A stretch of DNA of 64,000 nucleotides, taken from the sequence record NC_062582.1. The stretch is one strand, 5' to 3'. The position numbers were made by a program, and so were the translations under genes. Shown here one piece after another: positions 39,927-48,619 of the stretch; within the stretch, counting starts at the first letter, position 1, and each line of letters opens with the position of its first letter. Under the pieces are notes generated by a model, which saw only the letters and a program-made list of their open reading frames with translations, had not been told where the DNA came from and searched no databases.

Positions 39927-40129
39927 CACCAATCATTGATCCAGAAAAACAACTAGAAGAGTCGATCGATGTACTGATCGACCGTCTAGACGATTGTAAA
40001 TTCAATCCAAATACAGGTGTAATTGAGCAGACTCTGGAATTACTAGAGCTTATTAAAGACGCACCGCGCCGTTGTGAAATTGCAGGGGCTAATACAATCG
40101 CTAACTATTTTCAAGAGGCTTTCAAATGA
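39923..40129 (+). CDS. small helical hypothetical
   Basis: ATGA overlap. Confidence 0.7.
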   Translation: MTPIIDPEKQLEESIDVLIDRLDDCKFNPNTGVIEQTLELLELIKDAPRRCEIAGANTIANYFQEAFK

Positions 40130-40518
40130 ATAATCTGATAGAAACAACTGAAATGGATTTGATGCGTGTTGGTGATACATGCACTTTCACAGCTTATCAA
40201 GGCTTTAAACCTGAATACTACATTACCGTCGAAAAACCTTACGCGGGTGTAATCACTACGGTTTATCCTGATACTTTTGTCAGCTGTAAATTCAAAAATG
40301 ATGCCGGGCTTGAAGTAGAACATGGTCACCAATCCGGCGGCTTTGCTGGTGATGGTAATGTTGTAAAAGTAAGTCTTACCCCTGAAGATTATAAATACCG
40401 TGTGTTGGAAGCTAATGCCAAAGCAGTGGCTATTGTTGAAAAAGAAAATCAAGACCGTTTGGATAAATTAAAAGCCTATTGTGACAAACGTCTTGAAAAA
40501 CTTATTGTAACTAACTAA
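40126..40518 (+). CDS. family C (beta-barrel plus coiled coil)
   Basis: GDTCTF..KPY.G; TPEDYK.RVLE. Confidence 0.8.
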   Translation: MNNLIETTEMDLMRVGDTCTFTAYQGFKPEYYITVEKPYAGVITTVYPDTFVSCKFKNDAGLEVEHGHQSGGFAGDGNVVKVSLTPEDYKYRVLEANAKAVAIVEKENQDRLDKLKAYCDKRLEKLIVTN

Positions 40519-40530
40519 GAGAAAATACAA

Positions 40531-40947
40531 ATGACTATTAAGCGTGTACGTGAGTGGGATCTGGTAGCAACTGGTGATGCCTGTGAGTTCTCGATGGCTG
40601 GTGCACCTGAATACATGCGTGAAGGCTTGACTCCTTCCAAACCTTACGTGGGTTACATTAAACACGTAGATACAATGCACCATGAGTACCAAGTTGTTAT
40701 TACCGACGATAATGGGAAAATCCAAACTATCACTCATTACGCCGATCCGGTACGTGAACCAGTCGGTATGCCACTGTATTTCCTATTGGAAGTCTTGCTG
40801 GATAAAGATACTTTCCTGGAACGTCTGCGTACACGACAAAAGCGTGAGATTAAATATCTTGAACGCAAGCACCAAGAGAACCTTGAACGCGCTCAAAAGC
40901 GTGTTAATGAAAGTGCTGCTAAATGGGATGCTCTTCCAGAACGTTAA
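40531..40947 (+). CDS. family C
   Basis: GDACEF..KPY.G; coiled coil. Confidence 0.8.
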   Translation: MTIKRVREWDLVATGDACEFSMAGAPEYMREGLTPSKPYVGYIKHVDTMHHEYQVVITDDNGKIQTITHYADPVREPVGMPLYFLLEVLLDKDTFLERLRTRQKREIKYLERKHQENLERAQKRVNESAAKWDALPER

Positions 40948-40965
40948 TTCAATCAGAGGTGTTGT

Positions 40966-41193
40966 ATGCTCATCGTAAACGTACTAATTAAGAATGTAAC
41001 CAAGCCTGTAGAGTTTCTTATTAATGACGCAAGTAGTCTCTGGGAGCTATTGCATATTTTTGAAAAGACCGAGACAGTATTGCAGTACACTGTTAGCGAT
41101 GCCAAAGGTCCTATTCATAAATTGCTAGAAGCATTCGGATGGGGTATCAGCTTTAAGAAGTTTGCTACAGAATTCGATTGGAGTCAAGCATGA
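40966..41193 (+). CDS. hypothetical protein
   Basis: GAGGT SD. Confidence 0.7.
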   Translation: MLIVNVLIKNVTKPVEFLINDASSLWELLHIFEKTETVLQYTVSDAKGPIHKLLEAFGWGISFKKFATEFDWSQA

Positions 41194-41588
41194 CTGAATT
41201 AGTTAAAGTTGTTGGTGACTTCCTATATCGACAGGGTGACCCATGTGAGTTCGTCATTAATAAAGCGAATGCATTGAAACCACCGTTCGTTCTAGGCCAG
41301 CGTTATAAAGGTACCATTCAAGATAAAGATGTTGGCGGGTATTACGTACTCCCAGAAATTAAACACGCCGATGGTAGCCGCAAGAACGTTTACATAGATG
41401 GTCTTGAGATTATCCTTGACTCCATCGTCTTCGACGTACTTGCCACCAAAGAAGAAATCTTTCGACGGATTAACAATACCATTGATGGCCAAGAAAAACT
41501 GATAAAAGAAAAGTATACGTCGGATATGGAAGCCTGCACCAAAGGTAGGAATCTATTGATGAGCAATAATAAACTGATTGGGGATTAA
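41190..41588 (+). CDS. family C
   Basis: GDPCEF..RY.G. Confidence 0.75.
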   Translation: MTELVKVVGDFLYRQGDPCEFVINKANALKPPFVLGQRYKGTIQDKDVGGYYVLPEIKHADGSRKNVYIDGLEIILDSIVFDVLATKEEIFRRINNTIDGQEKLIKEKYTSDMEACTKGRNLLMSNNKLIGD

Positions 41589-41589
41589 G

Positions 41590-41937
41590 ATGCTCAAGAT
41601 TATAGATGAAGACCTGGTGCATGCCGGAGATCTTGTAAAATCAACTGCGTCAGGTGAAGTCGTCGGTAAACTTGCGCATGACCCTACTTGCAGTTTTAAG
41701 ATTGTCAAGTTCGATCGGGCAACCGAAGATCCTCTCACTGTAGACTCTGTCATCTTTTCATACGCCGCTCATGACTTACAAGCGATGTATGTAGAGATGA
41801 CGCCTGAACTTTATAAAGAACGTGTGTTGGAACATTACCATCGTTCGGTTGCCGCTGCCCAAAGTATTTTTAACTGTGCCGAAAAACGCGCCAAAGAAAT
41901 TTGTGCACAAATGTTAGAGGCTGTAAATGCTAACTGA
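41590..41937 (+). CDS. family C
   Basis: DL...GD; TPELYK.RVLE. Confidence 0.75.
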   Translation: MLKIIDEDLVHAGDLVKSTASGEVVGKLAHDPTCSFKIVKFDRATEDPLTVDSVIFSYAAHDLQAMYVEMTPELYKERVLEHYHRSVAAAQSIFNCAEKRAKEICAQMLEAVNAN

Positions 41938-42721
41938 TCAAACGTATCTTGTAGGTGGTCAAGGTTATTGCGATCCTAATCGTAAAGATCAAGGACATGC
42001 TGCTGACCTCGAATGGCTGCTACAGACAGTCGATAAAGAATATGATGTAAACAAAACCAAACTCTCTAAAGGAAATAGTACAATGCTTCCAACTGAACAA
42101 TTTACCAAACAACTGCGTGGCCAAACTCCAGTTCTTGCTCAAATTGATGAACTCCCATATCACAATACCGGTGGCACTCCTCTCGGTCAACTGATCGAAG
42201 AAGCCGAAGCCAAGAAAGCAACCTTGACCCAAGATGAAAACGGTAATGTATCTGGTATGGGTCTTGGTCTGGAAGAGGCTGTTAAGGCTGAAGCTTTTAA
42301 AGTATTCGAAGGTAACCGTGCACAACGTCGTCGTGCTGCTGTAGCCAAAAAGAAGAAAGCTCCTAAGCATGTAGCTAATACCCAATCTAAACATATCAAA
42401 GCGGCTCTCGGTGCGGTGATCTTGGGTAAACTCGGTCAAGTACAACAAGACACTACCGACGCTATTAAACGCGAAGTTCTCAAAGACATGCCTTTGTCTC
42501 GCTTTGCTGAAATTGCTAGCGGTAAGGTGATTCCCGAATATCAGAAACGTCTGATGGATCTGCAACAAGCTCGTGCAGAAGGTTCTCTGAAACCTGAACT
42601 GGTAAGTCTGGGTGAACAAAGTGCTAAAGCTGTAGCCGATGCACTCTATCCAACATTGGAAGAAAAAGGTCTGACTCTTGCACCAGTATCTGGTGAACTG
42701 ACTGAAGCCCCAATTCAGTAA
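41927..42721 (+). CDS. hypothetical with Arg/Lys-rich motif
   Basis: GAGG SD; NRAQRRRAAVAKKKKAPK. Confidence 0.8.
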   Translation: MLTDQTYLVGGQGYCDPNRKDQGHAADLEWLLQTVDKEYDVNKTKLSKGNSTMLPTEQFTKQLRGQTPVLAQIDELPYHNTGGTPLGQLIEEAEAKKATLTQDENGNVSGMGLGLEEAVKAEAFKVFEGNRAQRRRAAVAKKKKAPKHVANTQSKHIKAALGAVILGKLGQVQQDTTDAIKREVLKDMPLSRFAEIASGKVIPEYQKRLMDLQQARAEGSLKPELVSLGEQSAKAVADALYPTLEEKGLTLAPVSGELTEAPIQ

Positions 42722-42725
42722 ATCA

Positions 42726-42755
42726 AATAGCCCTACCTTCGGGTAGGGTTTATAA
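42726..42755 (+). terminator. hairpin
   Basis: GCCCTACC-TTCG-GGTAGGGT-TTATA. Confidence 0.75.
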
Positions 42756-42767
42756 CGGAGTTTTCAA

Positions 42768-43559
42768 ATGGCTATCTCTAAGTTTAATTACAGCAGTTAC
42801 ATTGCTCGTGCTAAACGTCATTACAATTTGAATGTTGATGACTTTATTGTGGTTGACGAAGCTGCACGGATGTTAGCGTCCTCAGTTTACCACTGCGCGT
42901 TTATTACTATTGCAGTAACAGCAGAGAAGTTCGAAGCTTTAAAGAAATACCCATTGCCTGACTGTGATGTTAAGAATCATATTCAGTTGCTAGACGGAGT
43001 TCTGTGTCGTCGTCAACAGTTACCTGAACCAGAGAATAAGAAGTGGTCAGGTAACTGCTGGTCATTGACTCGTGAATATCTGAAGCAAACTCTGGAAGCT
43101 GAGCTACTTGGCCCTAAGACTACAGCTTATCGCCAGATGCAAATTAACCGTGAATTGGAATTGCTGTCAACCCTCAATCCTGATGTGCCGGTAACGTCTA
43201 ACTCTGGTCGTGCACAACAGCGTATTGCCTCTGCTATTCTTTACATGGGTATCAGTAAAGATGACATCACCGTAATGGATCAAACCATCGGTGCTCTGAC
43301 AGACGACATCAAACCGGATAACAGCATTATTGTTATTGGTGTTGAAACTAAACAGTTTGCAAAAATTAAACAGTCTGTAACCATTCCAGGAGCTAAGGAT
43401 TTCCACTCGGGTCCTAAGATTTATTCTGGTTTCGAAATTGAACCAAACACTTACGTCGTACCTGTATCTAAGAAGGTCTATGATGCCGCTACAGAGGCTA
43501 AAGGACCTTACTACGATAAAGGTATGGGTATGACTTACTTACGCTTAAAATACCTCTGA
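42768..43559 (+). CDS. hypothetical protein
   Basis: GGAG SD. Confidence 0.8.
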   Translation: MAISKFNYSSYIARAKRHYNLNVDDFIVVDEAARMLASSVYHCAFITIAVTAEKFEALKKYPLPDCDVKNHIQLLDGVLCRRQQLPEPENKKWSGNCWSLTREYLKQTLEAELLGPKTTAYRQMQINRELELLSTLNPDVPVTSNSGRAQQRIASAILYMGISKDDITVMDQTIGALTDDIKPDNSIIVIGVETKQFAKIKQSVTIPGAKDFHSGPKIYSGFEIEPNTYVVPVSKKVYDAATEAKGPYYDKGMGMTYLRLKYL

Positions 43560-43566
43560 GGTTAAT

Positions 43567-43827
43567 ATGTTTATAACTGATAAAGCTATGGAAGATATGT
43601 TCCCTGGGTTCCAGCACCTTAAGGAAAAACAAAAGGAACAAATGAAGATTGTTGCATTGAAGAACTTTACAAATCCTACTGATGACACCAGAGCAGCAGT
43701 TGAATTGGCAAAAGATCTAGCTTGGGCAGCAGAATCCAAATCGGTTATAGACAATCCTAAAAATGGATTCTTCGCCAAGTTTAAAGCATCAGCTAGTCTT
43801 GCGTATTTGGGTTTTATGAAACACTGA
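43567..43827 (+). CDS. hypothetical protein
   Basis: GAGGT SD. Confidence 0.75.
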   Translation: MFITDKAMEDMFPGFQHLKEKQKEQMKIVALKNFTNPTDDTRAAVELAKDLAWAAESKSVIDNPKNGFFAKFKASASLAYLGFMKH

Positions 43828-43834
43828 TGTAAAC

Positions 43835-43870
43835 GGCATAAGCCCACTCCTTCGGGAGTGGGCAATATGT
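43835..43870. terminator. bidirectional hairpin
   Basis: GCCCACTCC-TTCG-GGAGTGGGC between convergent genes. Confidence 0.85.
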
Positions 43871-44955
43871 CATGATTTTTTTATGTCGTCGATTACTTGT
43901 TGCACTTGTTTACGGAAAGCTTTAGCGAATTCAGAACTTCCCATATTGGTAAAGATCTGGTCTCTTGAGCTTTCTATAAGGTCGATCAAGACCTCGTTAA
44001 TCTGACTACGGTCATAGCCATGGTTACGCATTACCATTCGTGTAAGGTAGCGTATATAAGGCAGGCGAGCCAATGCAAAGGCCCATTCGTTCTGATACGT
44101 GATAGGTACCCGTGGAATCTCCATTACCTCAAACAGATTCTGTTTTACAATCATTGGTGTAATCCAAGCTAAGCCTTCGATCTCAATACCTTTAAGGAAG
44201 CTTTCAAAGTTTACCTTCTCAGTTAGCTTAGCTAAACGTGGATTCATATCGGTGATATAAAACGGGTGTTGTAATGGAAAGGTCGGGTTGGCAATATCTT
44301 GGGATGCCCTATCCAACTGGTTAAAGAAAGCGATGTCTAGAAAACTATCGATCATGTTGGGTAACACAATACTACCTACGAATCGATATACGTTTTCAAA
44401 CTGTTCTATATTGAGACTCTTCTGTAACCTGAGCCAATAACGATACTGGACCATCAACATAGGTACGTTGACTGTGAGTACACCGTAAGCGCGACCTGGT
44501 GTGGTGTTGTTCATAATCGGTAGACTGGTATCTGTACGTGTGTGGTATAGATAGTTAACTGGTCGTAGATCACGCCAGCGTTTACCCAAACCGTCGCGTT
44601 CAAATTTCTCGTAGGTAGCAATAGCTATTTCTTCCGAGTGCGGACCTAATGTAATCCCTTTGGTAAATATCTTTCCTTTATTAATAGGCGATACTAAACC
44701 AAGGTTACGTGCAGCTCCTTTGGACTGTTCTTCAATTTGACGAACCCATTGGTTATCGTCGAGTCCCATGTTGATAACAAACTGTTGAATCAGCAGTGCA
44801 AATAGATTCGTAGACTCTACGTATTTAGGTGCCTTTCTGTAGTAACCTCTTACATCTTCAATCAGCGTCTTATATGTGCGTCTGACATATACAAATCCTG
44901 GGTCAAGTGCCTGACCTAACATCCTTGCAGGACGATCCCTAAATAGCGAGTACAT
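43870..44955 (-). CDS. virion structural protein (phiKZ gp52-like)
   Basis: 361 aa minus-strand gene between pol and chimallin. Confidence 0.72.
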   Translation of the reverse strand: MYSLFRDRPARMLGQALDPGFVYVRRTYKTLIEDVRGYYRKAPKYVESTNLFALLIQQFVINMGLDDNQWVRQIEEQSKGAARNLGLVSPINKGKIFTKGITLGPHSEEIAIATYEKFERDGLGKRWRDLRPVNYLYHTRTDTSLPIMNNTTPGRAYGVLTVNVPMLMVQYRYWLRLQKSLNIEQFENVYRFVGSIVLPNMIDSFLDIAFFNQLDRASQDIANPTFPLQHPFYITDMNPRLAKLTEKVNFESFLKGIEIEGLAWITPMIVKQNLFEVMEIPRVPITYQNEWAFALARLPYIRYLTRMVMRNHGYDRSQINEVLIDLIESSRDQIFTNMGSSEFAKAFRKQVQQVIDDIKKS

Positions 44956-45021
44956 TGGCAGTTCCTATTAATGGAGTGAAAATCTATACCATGCAGTAGT
45001 TGAGTACGTTATATCATTCAG

Positions 45022-45055
45022 TAGAAAAAATTTGAAATCTATATTACTAGTCTGA
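45022..45055 (+). promoter_or_regulatory. early promoter
   Basis: TAGAAAAAATTTGAAATCTATATTACTAGTCTGA; TATATTAC 45040-45047. Confidence 0.85.
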
Positions 45056-45088
45056 TGTTAACCCAATGAATCTATCGAGGTGATTGTA

Positions 45089-45283
45089 ATGTCTATCCAA
45101 GAACGTAGTCGTCTTATTGATGCAAATCAAAAACATCTGGATATTGACTGGGAACTTCCAGCTGTCCGTGGTACTGACCTGGGTATCTATATCGACGCTG
45201 GCGAGCGTTTGATGACAACCGTGCGTTCTGGTCGCTCCCCGATCCAACAAGTCGTTGTGACAACTTCTGGCGAACTCCGTTAA
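45089..45283 (+). CDS. small protein (gp53-like position)
   Basis: GAGGTG SD. Confidence 0.7.
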   Translation: MSIQERSRLIDANQKHLDIDWELPAVRGTDLGIYIDAGERLMTTVRSGRSPIQQVVVTTSGELR

Positions 45284-45293
45284 GGTATCTATA

Positions 45294-45620
45294 ATGAAGC
45301 TAATTAATGTACCGTTGCAATGTCTGGTAAATGACATCGGTTATGTAATCGGTGCGGATGGTAGTCATGGTACTATCACTGGCTTCACTACTGACCCAGA
45401 TGGTCGACACTTCCAACAGAACATTCACATCGAATGGGTTGATGGTCGTAAGGCTACTTACCTTTATCCCGAAGAGGTAGGTAGTCTTAAAGTCGATACC
45501 AAATACCACGAAAGTAATCTAACTTCGTGGATCAAGCATCACGTCAATCGAATGAATCGTCATATCAAGTTCCTCAAGAAAAGCATTGTGTCTCTTAACG
45601 AAGATGACCGTTACGAATAA
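45294..45620 (+). CDS. hypothetical protein
   Basis: ORF in operon. Confidence 0.75.
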   Translation: MKLINVPLQCLVNDIGYVIGADGSHGTITGFTTDPDGRHFQQNIHIEWVDGRKATYLYPEEVGSLKVDTKYHESNLTSWIKHHVNRMNRHIKFLKKSIVSLNEDDRYE

Positions 45621-45698
45621 TAAAATACTCGGAGTGCATATCTAATACAAGCAGTGCCGTCATGGATTGCTTAAGCTTTATTCCTTGAGGATTCGACA

Positions 45699-45908
45699 AT
45701 GACCACATCTATTGAATGGGGAACTGTATTTCCCGACTATGTGATCCGTATTAACAAGTCTGTTTATATTGGTCAGGATTGGTTTTTAGAGTGTACCGAT
45801 AACATTGGCGTACATGCACGTGCAGCTATTCGTGTTGTACAACGTGTTAATACTGGTAGTACGGTTCGTGAAATCACAGTCCGAAAAGTTAAGGACGTAA
45901 ACATGTAA
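45699..45908 (+). CDS. small hypothetical
   Basis: GAGG SD. Confidence 0.7.
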   Translation: MTTSIEWGTVFPDYVIRINKSVYIGQDWFLECTDNIGVHARAAIRVVQRVNTGSTVREITVRKVKDVNM

Positions 45909-45987
45909 TACAATATGTAGTTACTAACGTGACTGCATACGACACTTGCCAAGTGTCTTAAAGATCTATTATGCGTCAAGCATTTAC

Positions 45988-46020
45988 AATAGAAAAAATT
46001 CTAGATTTATATTACTACTG
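45988..46020 (+). promoter_or_regulatory. early promoter of chimallin
   Basis: AATAGAAAAAATTCTAGATTTATATTAC; TATATTAC 46008-46015. Confidence 0.85.
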
Positions 46021-46047
46021 TGATCTTAAACCAGTAGTGTTTAGATC

Positions 46048-46065
46048 TTAACTTGATCAAGTTAA
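46048..46065. promoter_or_regulatory. perfect 18-bp palindrome, candidate operator
   Basis: TTAACTTGATCAAGTTAA is its own reverse complement. Confidence 0.55.
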
Positions 46066-46098
46066 AAAACCAAATATCTCTGTACAGGAAAAAACACA

Positions 46099-47985
46099 AT
46101 GATTCGTGATCTCGATAGCAACACCGCTTCCCAGCAACAAGCTCCAGCTCCTAAAGCACAACAAGTTCAGCAACCAACACAAGGTCAACCAAAAATGCAA
46201 CAGCAACAATCGCAACAAGCAGGTATCGGTTCTCTGAACAGCCTGTTCCAACGTTCGGGTCGTACTGAAGGTGGCGACGCTCGTTCGGCTGAAGCTCTCC
46301 AGATTCTGAACCGTCTGAAAGAAGAAGCTGTAGCTACTCAAGACCTGCAAAACGATTTCACTATCCTGCGATTCGATCGTGACCAAAACCAAGTAGGTTG
46401 GTCGTCGCTGCTGGTAGTTAAGAAACAAGTTATCGGTGGTGAGCCGGTTCTGGCTGTTCGTCCTCTGTTGATGCCTAACGCTGCAATCCAACTGCCTGTT
46501 CGTAAAGTACAGGTTAGCCAAGGCATGCACGTTGAGACTGTCGACGTAGAAGTTGACGTACAATCGGTATTCAGTCAGAAGTACTGGAACCGTGTTGTTG
46601 ACTACGTTAAGAGCCAGCTGGGTCTGCCTAGCGCTAAAGTCGTACTGACTTCTGCTTACCCAATTCCAGCTGACTTCTCTCTGAAAGAAGAGCTGATCCT
46701 GAAAGCCGTTCTGGTTAAGTCGGTTAACGCATGTGATGACATGCTGCAACGTCATTCCGGCGAAGAAGCTTTCAGCGTAGCACTGTTGAAAGGCAGTGAT
46801 GAGTACCTGACCGCTAAGATCGATACTCGTGAACAACCTGTTCTGGACGTACTGGGTAACCCAATCCGTTCCGACGCAGTTATCTCTCTGGCACGTACCC
46901 GTAAGAACGGTAATCAAGAGAACGAGTTCTACGAAGCTGATACCCAGCTGAACCAGACCTCGGTTGCTATCGACGTTGAATACAACGGCCAGCCTGCTCA
47001 GCAACAAAACATGTTCGGCATTCAACAACAGCAGTTCCAACCTCCATTCACTGCTACCGTAACCGTTACTGATGTACGTAACGCTCCATGGATCAAGGCT
47101 AACACTCCAGAGATGTATCTGTTGGGTCTGTCTAACGCATTCCGTGTAACCGGTGGTTCTGCTTGGGCTAAAGGTTTCCTGCCACGTGTTGGTGTTGCCA
47201 AAGACCTGCGTGATCCAGGTGCTCTGGGCTGGTTGTCGAAACTGGCTGCTAAGATCGATACCAAAACTGATAAGTTCAAAGATGAACACTTCATCGAACT
47301 GATCAACACCATGATCCAACCGCACCCAGTGTTCCAGATCGATCTGGATCGCATGAGCGAAAACGGTGCTATCGAAGGTATGCTGATCGATGCTGCTGGC
47401 GGTCCTAACCAACAGCGTGCAACTGCGTTCATCATCAAGTCGATCAACAACCTGATCGGTGGTGGTTTCGAGAAGTACTTCGACCACACTACTCAAGCTC
47501 TGCTGAGCCTGACTGGTCAAGAAATCCAGAAAGGTTTCTACCAGGATTCTGAAGGTGAGAAGCGCGACAAGCGTGATCTGGGTACCCTGGGTGCACTGAA
47601 CTCTTCGGAAGGTAACCTGCAAGAGTGGATGAACTGGTACGGTTCGCAACTGAACGGTAACATTCACCCGGCACTGCGTGCTAAGCAATCTCGCAACTAC
47701 GATAAGCAATACCTGGGCGCTTCGGTAACTTACACCGGTACTACCGCTGTTCGTGCTGTACTGAACCCTAAACTCGTAGAAGCACTGGATGCTGCACTGA
47801 CTGCTGCTGGTCTGCTCGTAGCTATGGATAACATCGGTAACCTGGCTGGCGGTCAACGCTTCCAAGGTAACCAGTCGATTCAGAACTTCGCTGTATCTGG
47901 TTCGGCTCACGTTGTTAACACCATGCAAACCGGTAACGGTTTCCAGAACACCTTCGGCCAGCAAGGCCCTGGTTCGTTCTACTAA
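46099..47985 (+). CDS. chmA: chimallin, phage nucleus shell protein (phiKZ gp54 / 201phi2-1 gp105-like)
   Basis: Q-rich N-term, GGDARS.EAL, ILRFDRDQ.QVGWSSL, KSVNACDD, QSRNYD.QYLG, terminal GP.SFY match 201phi2-1 gp105 as recalled. Confidence 0.96.
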   Translation: MIRDLDSNTASQQQAPAPKAQQVQQPTQGQPKMQQQQSQQAGIGSLNSLFQRSGRTEGGDARSAEALQILNRLKEEAVATQDLQNDFTILRFDRDQNQVGWSSLLVVKKQVIGGEPVLAVRPLLMPNAAIQLPVRKVQVSQGMHVETVDVEVDVQSVFSQKYWNRVVDYVKSQLGLPSAKVVLTSAYPIPADFSLKEELILKAVLVKSVNACDDMLQRHSGEEAFSVALLKGSDEYLTAKIDTREQPVLDVLGNPIRSDAVISLARTRKNGNQENEFYEADTQLNQTSVAIDVEYNGQPAQQQNMFGIQQQQFQPPFTATVTVTDVRNAPWIKANTPEMYLLGLSNAFRVTGGSAWAKGFLPRVGVAKDLRDPGALGWLSKLAAKIDTKTDKFKDEHFIELINTMIQPHPVFQIDLDRMSENGAIEGMLIDAAGGPNQQRATAFIIKSINNLIGGGFEKYFDHTTQALLSLTGQEIQKGFYQDSEGEKRDKRDLGTLGALNSSEGNLQEWMNWYGSQLNGNIHPALRAKQSRNYDKQYLGASVTYTGTTAVRAVLNPKLVEALDAALTAAGLLVAMDNIGNLAGGQRFQGNQSIQNFAVSGSAHVVNTMQTGNGFQNTFGQQGPGSFY

Positions 47986-47996
47986 GTTGTAACTAA

Positions 47997-48214
47997 GGTG
48001 GGATCGAAAGGTCCCATCTATTGTAGCCCACGACAAGCCAAAGACCCAACTGAACCCCGCTAATATATCTGCGCTAATAGGGTGAAGGTTGTAACATTCA
48101 AAGTGCACGGTATCGTGTAGGTTGAAGGCAGTCGTTAATTAGATCGCTTTATCCTAACGGAAGCTGCACCCTTTATTGGTGTGGCTTGTGGTCAACACTA
48201 CTCACGAAAGTGAG
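47997..48214 (+). ncRNA. candidate multi-branch structured RNA in chmA 3-prime region
   Basis: 8-bp closing helix 48033-40/48182-89 enclosing four hairpin arms, flanked by two GAAA-tetraloop hairpins. Confidence 0.6.
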
Positions 48215-48217
48215 ACC

Positions 48218-48247
48218 CATAGGCAATCTCTTCGGAGGTTGCTTATG
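48218..48247 (+). terminator. hairpin
   Basis: CATAGGCAATCTC-TTCG-GAGGTTGCTTATG. Confidence 0.75.
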
Positions 48248-48269
48248 TCCTTAATTGTCGGAGATAAAA

Positions 48270-48542
48270 ATGTCTGAGATTCAACCAGTTCTGAAAGAGT
48301 TCCTGAAAACCGTTGGTGCCTCTATCGATGAAACGATTGCCACTAGCACCGTACAAGGTGTTGCTGATTACGAACGTGGTGTTAAAGATGGTGCGCTTGG
48401 TTTGGCAGACCAACTGCAAAGCGCAGAATACACTATCACCGATAAAGAAGGCGCTATTGTGAAGACCGAACCTGAAGGTGAAGTAACGCCTGTGTTCAGT
48501 TCCGTATTCCTGAGTGATGTATGGAAAGACCCAAGTAACTGA
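48270..48542 (+). CDS. small acidic hypothetical
   Basis: GGAG SD; flanked by hairpins. Confidence 0.75.
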   Translation: MSEIQPVLKEFLKTVGASIDETIATSTVQGVADYERGVKDGALGLADQLQSAEYTITDKEGAIVKTEPEGEVTPVFSSVFLSDVWKDPSN

Positions 48543-48560
48543 TACATGATTTAATGAATG

Positions 48561-48600
48561 GTGCTCCCTTCGGGGAGCGCTGTTTATATCTTTTTTTGTT
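48561..48600 (+). terminator. hairpin
   Basis: GTGCTCCC-TTCG-GGGAGCGC then T-rich. Confidence 0.7.
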
Positions 48601-48619
48601 TGCTGAAATAGGTAAGAGA

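Noticed and set aside
45891-45908. AAGGA..ATG TAA start-stop element
   Set aside because: It is simply the last codons (..KDVNM stop) of the 45699 ORF; probably coincidental.
46057-48108. 683-aa minus-strand ORF
   Set aside because: Antisense shadow of chimallin; it also runs through the structured RNA region.
47997-48214. Hammerhead, group I/II intron, SRP, tRNA or known riboswitch identity for the chmA 3-prime RNA
   Set aside because: No CUGANGA/GAAA core pairing, no P/Q/R/S or domain V elements, no T-loop or CCA, and no riboswitch consensus I recognise.
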